A stretch of 63,550 nt of DNA, counting the filler, from Chiloscyllium plagiosum (lineage: Eukaryota), in assembly GCF_004010195.1 (NCBI RefSeq). It is 4 parts of one record of this genome, joined end to end, with 100 filler letters (N's around TTAATTAATTAA, not from the genome) between each part and the next. Parts side by side here need not be neighbours in the genome. Positions count along the whole stretch, not along the records: positions 1 to 19,810 come from NC_057712.1; positions 19,911 to 47,444 come from NC_057712.1; 2 more parts are not named here. One strand, written 5' to 3'. Under the pieces are notes generated by a model. That model was not told where the DNA came from and ran no database searches. It saw nothing but the letters and a program-made list of their open reading frames with translations. This document shows, piece after piece, positions 12,880 through 25,250 of the stretch (its first letter is position 1; every line of letters begins with the position of its first letter). The position numbers and the translations under genes are program-made.

Positions 12880-13330
12880 ACAGCACGGTGGCACAGTGGT
12901 TAGCACTGCTGCCTCACAGCACCAGAGACCTGGGTTCAATTCCCACCTCAGGCAACTGTCTGTGTGGAGTTTGCAAATTCTCCCTATGTCTGCGTGGGTT
13001 TCCTCCGGGTGCTCCGGTTTCCTCCCACAGTCCAAAAATTGGCCATGCTAAATTGCCCGTAGTGTTAGGTGATGGGGTAAAATGTAGGGGAATGGGTCTA
13101 GGTGGGTTGCGCTTCGGCGGGTCGGTGTGGACTTGTTTAGGTTAGATTACATTAGTGTGGAAACAGGCCCTTCGGCCCAACAAGTCCACACCGACCCGCC
13201 AAAGCGTAACTCACCCATACCCCTACATTTACCCCTTACCTAACACTATGGGCAATTTAGCACGGCCAATTCACCTGACCTGCACATTGTTGGGCTGAAG
13301 GGCCTGTTTCCACACTGTAAGTAATCTATG
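12880..13330 (+). mobile_element. HE1-type SINE with an inverted 5'-truncated HE1 copy (13138-13286) nested in its tail
   Basis: Plus-strand HE1 breaks at GGACTTGTT and resumes at TTGTTGGGCTGAAGGGCC; the intervening sequence is a reverse-complement HE1 3' half. Confidence 0.88.
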
Positions 13331-15839
13331 AAAAAAATCTAATGTGATGATTGTTCACATGATTATGTCGCGATAACCAGAAAGCAGCAGAAGCTCCATC
13401 AGAGTCTTAGAGAACGTACATATCTCCTAAAGCTGCAAATAAGCAATTCTGACAAAATGTACCATGAAGTCAAGAAGCAGTAGTTGAGTGACTAATTAAA
13501 ATTAGACCCCATACACATGGCAAAGTAGTTTCAAATGAAAGTCTCTCCCACTTTTTTCTGCTCCATCGTGGAAGATGAGTGAGATACTGTGCCATGTTGA
13601 CCAAAATTGCTCCCATTTCAAAGCTGCTTCATCAACAATGGCATAATGCAGGGCCTGGCACACCAGGGACTGCTGTTAGAGAGCGTGTTGTGAAATGATA
13701 CAGATCGTTTTTCTACTCTTTAATGATTCAGCGTCAACTTTTCCCGTTTTAAAATCAATCATGAGCTCTGTTTGCTAAGAAATTTGGAAAAATAATACAC
13801 GTTGATAAAAAAAATGGAGTTCTGGTTATCAATGACTATTTGAAACTATTTGAATTTAGAAAACAATGATTCCACCAACAATCTCCATCCCTTCACCTCA
13901 TCTAACCTCTTCCCTCTATAAATAAACTGGGAAATCTCTGGACTAAAAGTCCCTCCGAACACTTCAGCAAAAAGAGTGATGTACAAAAAGCAAAGAAAGT
14001 AATTGCGATTGTGATTTGCACTTTCAAACAGAGAAAATTAAGTATCGAACTTCCTTCAAGGTAATCATTTTTTTAAAACTATGATACAAATAGTTCTAAT
14101 TTAACATTAAGCATATCACAGCATTGTGGGAATTTTAGAAAAAAAGTGTAATGCCAGTATAGTTAAGCCTATTGTAGAGAGCAAGAGGCAGAAACTATGC
14201 CTCATGATCGATTTGAAAAAGTGAAAATGTGTTGCATTCCTAAGTGGAATAACATTAAAGGTGGCAAAACTAATCATAAGCACTGCAGCACAATTCTTTA
14301 AACCTCAACAAAAATATTTTTAAATAAGTCTTTTGTTCAGTCTTAGAACTTTGAGTAAAGTCAATGAAAAGGACTTAAAAAGTTGACAATGTTTCAGACA
14401 TTTGGTCACACAGTAATGCTCTTTTACCCGAGAAAACCTACAGGCAGGAAAAATATAGCTCAATCAACAGATGTCTTTTCACCTCTGTCATTAACACCTC
14501 TTAACATTCCAAGTGTCACTAAGAACGTTAATTTATTACTGGAGTAGATGTACTAATAATAACCATAATTTGATTCATTAAAACGGGAAAGTGGCATTTT
14601 TTTTTGTTCCAGCTGCACATCCCTCCTCCTCCTGACCCAATTTAGACCTCCACCCGCCATCGCAGTTGCAAAAGAATAACAAGAGAATTTATACATACTG
14701 TGTTAATCAGCTGGTACTCCAGGCTATTAACATTCTAGAGTTTCCAATGTGAAAGTGCCACTTGGTTTCATTCAACACTCTTTATCACATGGGTTGAATC
14801 AGTGGACCTTCTGCATTTAACTGCACACCTTTTTAAAGTCCATATTTACATTGGCAAGTGCACATCATTCCTCCTGACTCATTTTCCCCCCTCCAAACAT
14901 TTACTTTATTATAATCAAAAGCATGGAGCTGGGAAGACACAATTTTCTACAATAAAAAATAAATTCATCAGCTGTCCCCTGCTTGTTAATATTTGTTCAT
15001 AGTTGCTCATGTTAAAATACTTTTCTAAAACATCTATCAGAGTGTATACAAATTCAATCACATGATAAAGTATCAGGCACGTATTCCAAAAGACTTATTG
15101 AATTCACATGTCAATAAGGAGCTAGCAAAGTAAGTTACAGTGAAAACTGTGCAAGGCAAACATTATGTAAATAAAACATGTTAACAGAAAACTAATCAAT
15201 CTAACAGACGCACCTTGTCAGCAACATAGGTGTGAACTATATCAAATGCTTCAATTATTCACTTTTCATTTGCATAACCATTATTTTATTTGGGACTTAT
15301 GGTGTAACTGAAAACAATTGCGGAAAATTCTTTCAGGAATTAGTTTTACACCTCCATATTTCCGAAATCTGGAGGGAAATTGCATTTAGTCTGCAAGATG
15401 GATAGGCAGGGGGGTGGGGGAAGGAGGAATTCTGAAAACGATATGCAAGTTAGTATATGTTTGCAATTTTAATGACAATCGTGCAAGTTATTATTCATAA
15501 AATTGTAACTAAGAAAATAATACCATTTTGTTTTCTTGACCAATTTTCTTATTTCAAGTAACACTGACTCCATTGCTTGACTGGAGTTTCTCTGTTACCC
15601 TCCAGCACCTCAGCAAAACAAGCACCCTTACCAGTGAGTCATGACAGTGAATCTCTGTCATTACTTTGTCATGGTGGGGGTAAAGCTTCACATTTTGACT
15701 CAATCTATTCACATACAACAATTGCCACTCACAATGATCAGGAGCTGAAACCCTAGTTAAGTTCCTCCTGTCTTAATCTATGGTGTCTGAAGTCAATCAT
15801 AACAGCCTTGGTCACCATTTCAGCACAGGTCTGTGTGAA

Positions 15840-15985
15840 CGGTCTACTGCAGTACTGAAGGAGTGCTGTACTGTTGGAGATGCCCTGTTTCAGGTGAGAT
15901 GTTAAAAAGAGACATCATCGACACACTTGGGTGGATGTAAAGGATCCCATGGCCTTATCTGAATAAGAGCAAGGGAGATCCAATA
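15840..15985 (+). mobile_element. Deu-domain SINE fragment (SacSINE1/AmnSINE1-like)
   Basis: GATGCCCTGTTTCAGGTGAGATGTTAAAAAGAG...GGTGGATGTAAAGGATCCCATGGC resembles the Deu core as I recall it. Confidence 0.65.
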
Positions 15986-16139
15986 ATAGAGATTCTAACC
16001 AGCTCCCCTTGAAATTTAATGCTGTGACCATTGCTCAATCCTCCACAATCAACATTTTGGGGAATTACTGAAATTGAACTCGACCAGTCATATAAATACT
16101 GTGGCTAGAAGAATAGATCAGAGGTTCGGAATTATGTTG

Positions 16140-16805
16140 TAAAGTGTGGTGTTGGAAAAGCACAGCAGATCAAGCAGCATCTGAGGAGCAGGAGTGTCGA
16201 ACTTTCGGGCATAAGCCCTTCATCACGAATATGGAGAGGGAATGAGGCTAAGAGAATTAGGACGGTGGGGGTGATGGGAAGGTAGCTAGGAAGGAGATAG
16301 GTAGATGCAGGTGGGGGTGATGGTGATAGGTCGATGAGGAGGGTGGAGTGGATATGTGGGAAGGAAGATAGGTAGGACAGTGCCGAGTTGGAGGGTTGGA
16401 TCTGGGATAAGATGGGGGAGGGGAGATGAGGAAATTAGTGATGTTGACGTTGATACTGTGTGATCGAAGGGTCCCAAGGCAGAAGATATAGAGTTCTTCC
16501 TTGAGTCATTGGGTGGCTTGGAGTTGGTGGTGAAGGAGGCGCAGGACTTGCATTTCGTTGGTAGAGTGGGAGCTGAAGTGGGCCACCTATCGCCTTCCCA
16601 ACTAATCATCCACATACCCCCAGCCCCACTCCCATCTTCCTATTTACCTCTCAGACCCCTTCCGTCCCCACCTCATTCCTGATGAAGGGCTTATGCCTGA
16701 AACATTGACTCTCCTGCTCCTCGGATGCTGCCTGACTTGTTGTGCTTTTCCAGCGCTACCCTTTTTGATTCTGACTGTCCAGCATCTGCGGTCCTCACTT
16801 TCTCT
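16140..16805 (-). mobile_element. Penelope-like element: GIY-YIG C-terminus flanked by inverted terminal repeats
   Basis: Minus strand reads ..LKEELYIFCLGTLRSHSINVNITNF; left arm 16140-16260 is inverted relative to right arm 16640-16805, which has CTGATGAAGGGCTTATGCCTGAAAC at 16679. Confidence 0.8.
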
Positions 16806-17799
16806 CAGTCGTTGGGAATTATGTGACAAGGAGCTCAACTAATAATTTCCCAAAGCCTGTTCACTATCTGCATCTCTCACTGCAAGTCGCATACCATGCC
16901 TTGGAACTATATCAGCATCTCTTCATTGTCTCTTGGTCTATTCACTGAAATTCCCTTTCTAACAGTGTTGTGGGTCTATGTACAGCACATGGACTGCCAT
17001 GTTCAAGAAGGCAACTCACCATCATCTTCTCAAGTACAAATGGAGATAATCACAATATCAATATCCAATGTCTGAACTTTTTAAAATGCAATTCTGACAA
17101 AAGATTATCAACACTGAAACATGAATTCTTCTGTACAGATACTACCTGATCTGCAAAGCATTTCTAGCATTTTCCATTTTGGTTTGGATTTCCAGCATAT
17201 TTTGCTGATCTTGCAATTTCCCATCCATACATGTTCATGTTGAGAAACTTTTAAATCTTCTCGCTGATGCGATATATGCTTATTCGTTTTAACTCATTCA
17301 TTTTCATTGCCTTCTATTTCCCTTCTCATGTATGATCAGGTATCAACAAAAACTTGATTTCACAGCAGGTCTCCTTCCTCAACAAATATCCCCACCCAAC
17401 TCTTGCCACATGGATTCCAATGAAATGCCACACACCGTGCTTTGGATCAATCCAAATGAGAAACTGGGCTAGTACTGTTTTATTGATTTTCAACTATACA
17501 TACAATATCCTTCCTTCTATAGTTAATCATTGACTGTGCTTAGTCCCATTCAAAGAGTAGAAAATATTTGGTCTCCCTAAGTTTGAAGAGCTCCCGGAAA
17601 ACAACAGATCTGTATGAATTCAGGAATGCAGGCCAAATAAGGAGAGCAACACAGATTTTTTGATAGCATTTTTGCTCTGTTTTGAGAATGCACTTCAGAA
17701 TGTGCATGCAATTGTAGAGGAGGTGTTGCACAGATATTTTGTGCCCATCTCACTGCAAAAGACTTTGAAAAAGATCCATGCTTGGATGCTTTAAAATTA

Positions 17800-18165
17800 T
17801 GAGGTGAATAAGAAGGAGATGCTGGGAAAACTAAGAAACCTAAAGAGTGACAAATCCCCAGGATCAGCTGGCCTGTATATAGGTGCTTAAAAGAAGTTTA
17901 AAAAAATAGTAAATTAATTGGTTAAATATTTTAACATCTCTTATATTCTGAAATGGTTAAATTGAATGGAAATAGCCAACGTAATGTCTGCACTGAAGAG
18001 GAGGGAAATTAAAGAAAAAACAGGAAATTATAGCTGGGTTAGCTTCCCTGAGAAACTGTTTCAACTCATTATGAACAAGGTTATGACAGGATACAGAGAA
18101 AATCATGACATGATCAAATAGAGTCAACATGCCTTTATGAAAGGGAAACCGTGTTTAACAAATTA
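17800..18165 (+). mobile_element. Old CR1 RT fragment
   Basis: GACAAATCCCCAGGA (DKSPG) and AGTCAACATGCCTTTATGAAAGGGAAACCGTGTTTAACAAA (SQHAFMKGKPCLT). Confidence 0.7.
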
Positions 18166-18255
18166 AAATTGCATCTCGTGTCTCATCTCAGAGACCAGCT
18201 GACCAGTCAAATGGTCGGAAGCTCTTATTACTCCAGCAGTGTCATCAGGAGTAAT

Positions 18256-18540
18256 GATTTGATTTGATTTGATTTATTATTGTCATATGTATCAAGATAC
18301 AGTGAAAAGTATTGATTTGCATGCTCCTTAGACAAATCATACCATACATAAGTACATCAGGGTGATAGAACAGAATGCAGAATATAGTGTTACAGTGACA
18401 GAGCAAGTGCAGGGAAAGATCAACTCTAATATATCAAAGGTCCGTTTAAAAATCTGTTAACAGCGGGGAAGAAGTTGTTCTTAAATCTGTTGGTACATGT
18501 TTTCAAACATTTATTTCTTCTACTCATTGGAAGAGGGTGA
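18256..18540 (-). mobile_element. Rex1-like LINE 3' end
   Basis: (GATTT)n tail; minus ORF PLPMSRRNKCLKTCTNRFKNNFFPAVNRFLN. Confidence 0.8.
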
Positions 18541-19307
18541 GAAAGGTCACTGTTTGGGACTGAGAGTTGTGTTGTCCAGGCTAATCCCACTTTTGTCCAT
18601 AATTCTACGAAGTAGTGACAATGCAAGTGCATATCCAAGTATTATCATCAATGTGATGAGGCTTTCTGCCTTTCACCAGAATTAGACAGTGAGTTTCCCG
18701 AAACATCCCACCTTCTGGATGAAAGACTTCTCTTCCTCTCCCGTCTCGTCCATCTTTAGATCTATGCCCCATGGTTAGGAAAATATCTCCTTCCAAGTGA
18801 CTCTACCTAGTCCTTCAATTTTATCCACCTTATTTCCATCTCTCCTCTGTTCTCTGTTACATAGAAAATGACCCCAGAATACACAACTTCCCCAAAAGTT
18901 CACCATTTCTGGCAACATCCTTCTCAAACTCTACTAATGTATCTGATTGAAAGGCTAGATTTAGATGGAGCTCAGCACATTACAAATATGTTAGTAGCAG
19001 TAGAATGTCAGCTGCTGCAAATTCAATTTGTATTGTAGATATTTGTTCACATACTGGTCAAGTATTTCTGCTTTGGTTGGAATCAGTAATATCGGTTCAC
19101 ATTGTGCTCAAAATTACACTTGTTTTAAGATTTGTTTTTTTGCTGAAGTTCACACTCAAACACATTTGCAAATCAACAAAAATTAAAAATTTTCATTTGA
19201 AAAAATAATTGGGTAATCTTTTAAAATTTTCTTTATAAAGCACTAAATGCACTTTTGAGATATACATGAGTGGCAATTTTTGCAGACTACTTAATACCCC
19301 TGGAAAT

Positions 19308-19592
19308 GGGCAGCATGGTGGCTCAGTGGATAGCACTGCTGCCTCACAGCGCCAGGGACCCAGGTTCGATTCCCTCGGGCAACTAACTGTGTGGAATTTG
19401 CATATTCTCCCCATGTCAGCGTGGGTTTCCTCCCACAAGCCAAAGACGTGCAGGTTAGGTGAATTGGCCATGCTAAATTGCCCATAGCATTAGGTGCATT
19501 TGTCAGCAGTAAAATGTAGGGAAATGAGTCTTGGTGGGTGACTCTTTGGAGGGTCGATGTGGACCTGTTGGGCTGTAGGGCCTGTTTCCATA
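19308..19592 (+). mobile_element. HE1-type SINE
   Basis: tRNA-like head GGGCAGCATGGTGGCTCAGTGG..GGTTCGATTCC; tail GGGCCTGTTTCCATAC. Confidence 0.9.
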
Positions 19593-19599
19593 CAAGGTA

Positions 19600-19715
19600 A
19601 GAACAATGACTGCAGATGCTGGAAACCAGATTCTGGATTAGTGGTGCTGGAAGAGCACAGCAGTTCAGGCAGCATCCAACGAGCAGTGAAATCGACGTTT
19701 CGGGAAAAAGCCCGT
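19600..19715 (-). mobile_element. Penelope-like terminal fragment
   Basis: GACTGCAGATGCTGGAAACCAG..GTGCTGGAAGAGCACAGCAGTTCAGGCAGCATCC..ATCGACGTTTCGGG is the reverse of 54190-54262. Confidence 0.75.
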
Positions 19716-19810
19716 CTTGGAGCTTTGAAGGTTCTGTCAACAAAGCCTGGATGACTTACTTCTAGGTGGCGCACTCTGCTACAATTGTGCCTCAGCAGTT
19801 AAGGGAATAA

Positions 19811-19910
19811 NNNNNNNNNNNNNNNNNNNNNNNNNNNNNNNNNNNNNNNNNNNNTTAATTAATTAANNNNNNNNNNNNNNNNNNNNNNNNNNNNNNNNNN
19901 NNNNNNNNNN
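19811..19910. other. Artificial 100-bp scaffold linker
   Basis: 44 N + TTAATTAATTAA + 44 N; the 12-mer gives stops in all six frames. Confidence 0.97.
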
Positions 19911-20865
19911 AGTCCAGAACTAGAGGGCATAGGTTTAGGGTGAGAGGGGAAAGATATAAAAGAGACCTAAGGGGCAACTTTTTCACGCAGAGGGTGGTAC
20001 GTGTATGGAATGAGCTGCCAGAGGATGTGGTGGAGGCTGGTACAGTGCAACATTTAAGAGGCATTTGGATGGGTATATGAATAGGAAGGGTTTGGAGGGA
20101 TATGGTGGGACTAGATTGAGTTGGGATATCTGCTTGGCGTGGACAGGTTGGACCGAAGGGTCTGTTTCCATGCTGTATATCTCTATGACTCTAAGTCCAT
20201 CGCTCCCTGAAAGTGGCCATGCAAGTAGATAGGGTGGTCAAGAAAGCATATGGCGTGCTTGCCTTGATTGGTCAGGTACAAGAGTCAGGATGTCATGTTG
20301 CAGCTTTATAAGACTTTGGTTAGGCCACACTTAGAGTATTACATTCAGTTCTGGTTGCCACATTACAGGAAGGATGTCGAGGCTTTGGAGATGGCGCAAA
20401 AGAGATTTACCAGAATGCTGCCTGGATTGGAGGGTATGAGCTATCAGGAGAGGCTAGAAAAACTCTAGTTGTTTTCTCTTGAGTGGCAAAGGCTGAAGGG
20501 AGACTTGTTAGAAGTTCATAAAATTATGAGAATCATAGATAGGGTTGACAGTCAGAATCTTTTTTCTAGAGTTGTATGTCTAATACTAGCATGTATGCAT
20601 TTAAGGTTAGAGAGGGAAAGTTCAAAGGAGACATGATAGGCATGTTTTTTACACACAGTGGTAGGAATCTGGAATGCATTGCTGGGATGGTGGTGGAAGA
20701 AGTTATGATATGGGCATTTAAGGGATTTTTAGATAATCACATGAATATGCAAGTGATGGAAGGATATGGATCAAGGGCAGACAGAAGGGGTTAGTTTCAT
20801 TTTGCATCATGTTTAGCACAAAGTCGTGGACCAAAGGGTCTGTTCCTATGCTGTACAGTTCTATG
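19911..20865 (+). mobile_element. Two CR1/HER1 LINE 3' segments
   Basis: AGAACTAGAGGGCATAGG (RTRGH) with CTCTATGACTCTA tail at 20193; ORF LYKTLVRPHLEYYIQFWLPHYRKDVEALE. Confidence 0.9.
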
Positions 20866-21706
20866 CTAGCAGTTGGACAGATAAAGGAGTGGATAACGAT
20901 CTGGCTCATAAGGGTGAATAGCTATTAATGGAGATTATTAGGAGCTAAAAATGGGTTGTGTGTAACAGAAGACTGTGATAACAAGGCTTAGTGTGTGGGC
21001 ATTGGGAAAGGACCTGAGAGAGCTCAAGTCCGAAAGTATTAAACTCAATATTGAATCCTTGACTATGATCCCTGCTTTGAGACTCCACAACGAGTGAAAA
21101 CATTTAGCCTGTCCAGCCCTGTTAGAATTTTATGTTTACAATCAGATTCCCTCCTATCCTTGTAAACACTAGTGAACACAGACCTAGCCGAACCAATCTC
21201 TCCTCATAGAACAATCATCTCTCTGCTAGGTATTCGCCTAGTGAGCCTCACTAATGAAGGGCAAAATAATAGAGGTGCAGGCTGACAAGTCCCTATGTCT
21301 TGTTGGACTTCATGCGAAAAAAAGATGATTGTTAAGGTAATTAGGTTAAGGTAACTAAGGTAATAAGGCATTTGTGTTAATTTTGCAAAATTTGATAGAC
21401 TCTGCAAAGCTTCCTTCAAACCACAAAGTATCAAATATATTCTAGGAGGCAGAACACAGGAAGCTACAGTACATGTCTATTATAGGGAAGGTGTTAGAAT
21501 TAATCACTAAAGAGGTTATAGCTGGGCAGTGAGAGAAACTCAAGATGATCAGGAAGAGTCAACATGATTTTGTGAAAGGTGAATCATGTTTAATCGATTT
21601 ATTGGAATTCTTTGAAGGATTAAAATGTACAGTTATAAAGAAGAGCCTGTAGATGTACAGGATTGGGATTTCTAGTAGGCATTTGACAAAAATGCCACAT
21701 AAGAGG

Positions 21707-22190
21707 TGTGTTGCAGATGTTTCATCCCCTGTCTAGGTGACATCCTCAGTGCTTGGCAGCCTCCTGTGAAGCGCTTCTGTGATCTTTCCTCCAGCATTTA
21801 TAGTGGTTTGAATCTGCCGCTTCCGGTTGTCAGTTCCAGCTGTCCGTTGCAGTGGCCGGTGTATTGGGACCAGATCGATGTGCTTATTGATCGAATCTGT
21901 GGATGAGTGCCATACCTCTAGGAATTCCCTGGCTGTTCTCTGTTTGGCTTGTCCTATAATAGTAATGTTGTCCCAGTCGAATTCATGTTGCTTGTCATCT
22001 GCCACACACGCAGATTCAAACCACTACAAATGCCGGAGGAAAGATCACAGAAGCGCTTCACAGGAGGCTCCCAAGCACTGAGGATGTCACCTAGACAGGG
22101 GACGAAACGTCTGCAACACAAATTCCCAGCTCGGCGAACAGAACCACAACAACGATCACCCGAGCTACAAATCTTCTCACAAACTTTGAA
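21707..22190 (-). mobile_element. 5'-truncated Penelope-like element with GIY-YIG C-terminus, inverted terminal repeats and 9-10 bp target-site duplication
   Basis: Minus ORF HEFDWDNITIIGQAKQRTAREFLEVWHS..SINKHIDL; 21707-21816 inverted versus 22010-22120; (A)CATAAGAGG at 21697-21706 and 22190-22199. Confidence 0.9.
22075..22114 (+). ncRNA. Minimal type-I hammerhead ribozyme motif in Penelope-like repeat
   Basis: GCA-CUGAGGA-U-[GUCACCU AGAC AGGGGAC]-GAAA-CGUC-UGC: core boxes, stem II, palindromic ACGU stem III, GUC cleavage triplet, 3-bp stem I GCA/UGC. Confidence 0.7.
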
Positions 22191-23725
22191 CATAAGAGGC
22201 TTTTATACAAACTTCAAGCTTATGGGATAGTGGGTATCATATTAGCATGGATTGTTTGTCAGACAGAAAATGGAATTAGGATATGATGAGTGAAGTCCTG
22301 CACTCGGGTCTGTGGTGGCACCTCAGCTTTTGCAATTTAGTGATTTCGAAGAGGGGAGCAAAGGCATGGTTGTTCAATTTACAGGTTACACAAAGATAGG
22401 TGGAAAAGTATGTTGTGAAAAAGACTTGAGAAAGATGGAAATGACATCGCTTGAAGGAGTGAGTAAAAATCAAGCAGATTGATTATAATGTGGGAAAATG
22501 TGAAATTCAATTTGGCAGGAAGACTAAAAAGGCAGGGTATTAATTAAACAGAATGATTGCAGAATTCCCAAGTACAAAAAAATCTTGATATTCTAGTGCA
22601 TGAATCACAAAACGTTATTATGCAGGTACAGCAAGTAATTAAGAAAGCTACTGGGTGTTATATTTTATTACAAGAGAAGTTGAACATAAAAGTAAGGATG
22701 TCATTCTTCAGTTATACAAGCGTTGATTAGACCTCATCTTAAATATTGCATGCAGATTTTACTGGATTGGTATCTGGAATGAGAAGGTTGTTTCAGAAAC
22801 AAAGGTTGGACAGACTGGATTTGTTTCCAATGGAGTTTGTCAGGAGTGACTTGATTGAAGTATATGTGATCCTGAATGATCTTGAAAAGGTGGTGTTGGA
22901 AAGGGTATCTCTTCTTGTGTGGGAGCCCAGAGTTAGGGGGCACTGTTTAAAAACTAAGGCTGATCCTTTAGGGCAGAGGTGAAGAGTGGCTTGGTGTTGT
23001 CTGCAACTTTGGAACTCTGGCTCAGAAGGTGAAGGGTGGAATAATTGTATATTTTTAAGGTGAAGGTAGATAAATTCCTTTTAGGCAGTAGAATCAAAGA
23101 TTATTAGAGTTAGATGGAAAGGTAGAATTCAAGTGTGATGTTTGAGAGGGTTGAGGGGCAAAATGGTTGCTCAATTTCTCTACATAAGGCAAACTCCTCA
23201 TTGTATATTTTTAAGGTGAAGGTAGACAAATTCCTTTTAGGCAGTAGAATCAAAGATTATTAGAGTTAGATGGAAAGGTAGAATTCAAGTGTGATGTTTG
23301 AGAGGGTTGAGGGGCAAAATGGTTCACTCTTGCTCCTGATCATACGCAGCAGTAGGAAAGACAAAGGATTTCAAAACTAGTAAAGTGCAAGAAGCATTTG
23401 TCATAAAGCCAGTGAATTGACAGTCCAAATAGAGATTATCTGATAGCCACTTCAGAGAAATGAGTACAGAATGGATCTCCTTGGAAATGAGTTAGACCAA
23501 CAAATCAAGTGGCAGTAGGAAAAACTTTAGGCTATAGTAATTATCATATGATAAAGTTTAGGTTGGCAAGGGAGAAAGACAAGCAGCAATCCAGAATAAG
23601 AGTGATTATCTGAGAGAAAACCAGCTTTGATGGGCGTATGATTGGACTTGATACAGCTAGGGTTTGAATCACATCTTGGCAGGCAAAACTGCAACTGAAC
23701 AATAGTTGCCTTTAAAGAAACTGTC

Positions 23726-24180
23726 GTGGTGCCAGTGTTGGTGTGGGACAAAGTTAAAAATCACACAACAGCAGGTTGTAGTTCAACAGTTTATTTGAAA
23801 GAAGAAGCTTTTGGAGTGTTGCTCCTTCATCAGGTAATTCGTGGGACAGGATCATGGGACGCAGAATTTATTGTAAAAAATCAAAGTATCATACAACTGA
23901 TGCAATGTTTTGAACAAAGCTAGATTGCTGTTAAGTCTATAAACACTTAGAATGGGGATGCAAGTTTTGATTGTTTAATATGTAAATCCCAGAACCTCTT
24001 TCAAGTCACAGTGCTGAGACAACTTATTAGAATTTAACAAAAAGGTGATTTCAGTGCAGAAATGCATTAAAGGTGTGAGATTAGAGTCTGTCTGTATCCC
24101 ACCCTTGAGTTAGATTGATTCTATTTCCAAAATAGGAATTGATAAAATGTGAAATGGACTGACTGCCCACAGATTGCGTG
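23726..24180 (-). mobile_element. Penelope-like terminal repeat, second family
   Basis: GTGCCAGTGTTGG..GGACAAAGTTAAAAATCACACAAC..GGAGTGTTGCTCCTTCATCAGGT; homologous to 39345-39605 and inverse of 40140-40567. Confidence 0.65.
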
Positions 24181-24199
24181 CTGTCAGTGGGCACCCAAA

Positions 24200-25250
24200 T
24201 AGGACTTGAACAATGTTCCACATAATCCCCCAAAGAGTGAGGCAAAACTGGAACCCACATGGCTATCCATAGTCACACCTTTGACTTGGAGAAACTGAGA
24301 TGAATTAAAAGAGAAGTTGTTAGAAGTGAACATGCTCAGTGGTAGATAGAGCGTGTAGGCCTACTTTAAAGGAAGAAGCAGATAGTATTCAGATCATTCC
24401 AATGGAGAATGGTTGTGTAGATGGATCGAACATCTGTGGTGAAGAGGAGATGGCTAGGATGAGCGTGGAGCTGACATAAAGCATCAAATAAATCACCAGT
24501 GTAAGTGGGAAGAAACTGAATGGAGGGGGTGGGGTTTAGGAATTAGAGACAAAATAGGAAGAAATAATATCAGTGGTCAGGAACAGGGTGAAATGATGGG
24601 TCTGCCAGGGCAGTCCTGTTTGTGGATTTTAGGAAGGAGGTGGAAGCAGGTTGTGAGGGGTTTGGAGTCGATGATGTGGGAAGTTGTCGAGGGGAGATGA
24701 GGTCTGTGACAGTCCTGGAAGCTTCAGTCAAATGTTTTATCCAGATTATGATACAGGGAGTGAAGGGTAATAGTATCTGAGAGTTGGCGCACAACCCTTG
24801 CAATGGACAGATCAGCACACCAGACAATGATACCACCCTTATCAGCAGAGAAATTAATATGGCAAATGTCACACCGACAGTTCACTGAAGAGATTAAGTG
24901 CTGGCAAAAGGCCTGAGGAAGGGGTCCAAATGAAGGGGAGTATTGGTGACAGTGAAAGGGTCTGTGGAGTGGGGAGCTGGTCTCCCATCCAAATAAATGG
25001 GCAAAGACCATGAAAGGTGAGTTCAGCATCATATTGTGCCCAAAATGTGTTCTGCTGGGGCAGAAGGGGATAAAGGTAAGTTCTTTGAGCATAGATCATT
25101 CATCATCAGAAATGGAGAGGTCAGAAGGTATTGTAAATACCTGGCAGGATGTTGGGTTGGATGAAAGGATGGAGTCGGAGAGAAGTGAAGGGGTAAAAAG
25201 ATCCAGAGAGGCATCATTACCCCTAAGTGATGGACCTGGAGTTCCTTAAC
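24200..25250 (-). mobile_element. Degenerate Penelope-like RT fragment
   Basis: Minus strand CCTAAAATCCACAAACAGGACTGCCCTGGCAGACCC (PKIHKQDCPGRP), ADKGG, and LTFIPFCP N-terminal motif. Confidence 0.75.

Larger units (their letters stand above)
21440..23340 (+). mobile_element. Old CR1 LINE interrupted by a Penelope-like insertion
   Basis: SQH-F-KG-SCL and DF-AFDK-PH-RL remnants; 3' LVRPHL-like motif near 22725. Confidence 0.75.

Noticed and set aside
19855..19866. TTAATTAATTAA as a biological motif or piggyBac site
   Set aside because: Centred in N runs identically three times; synthetic linker
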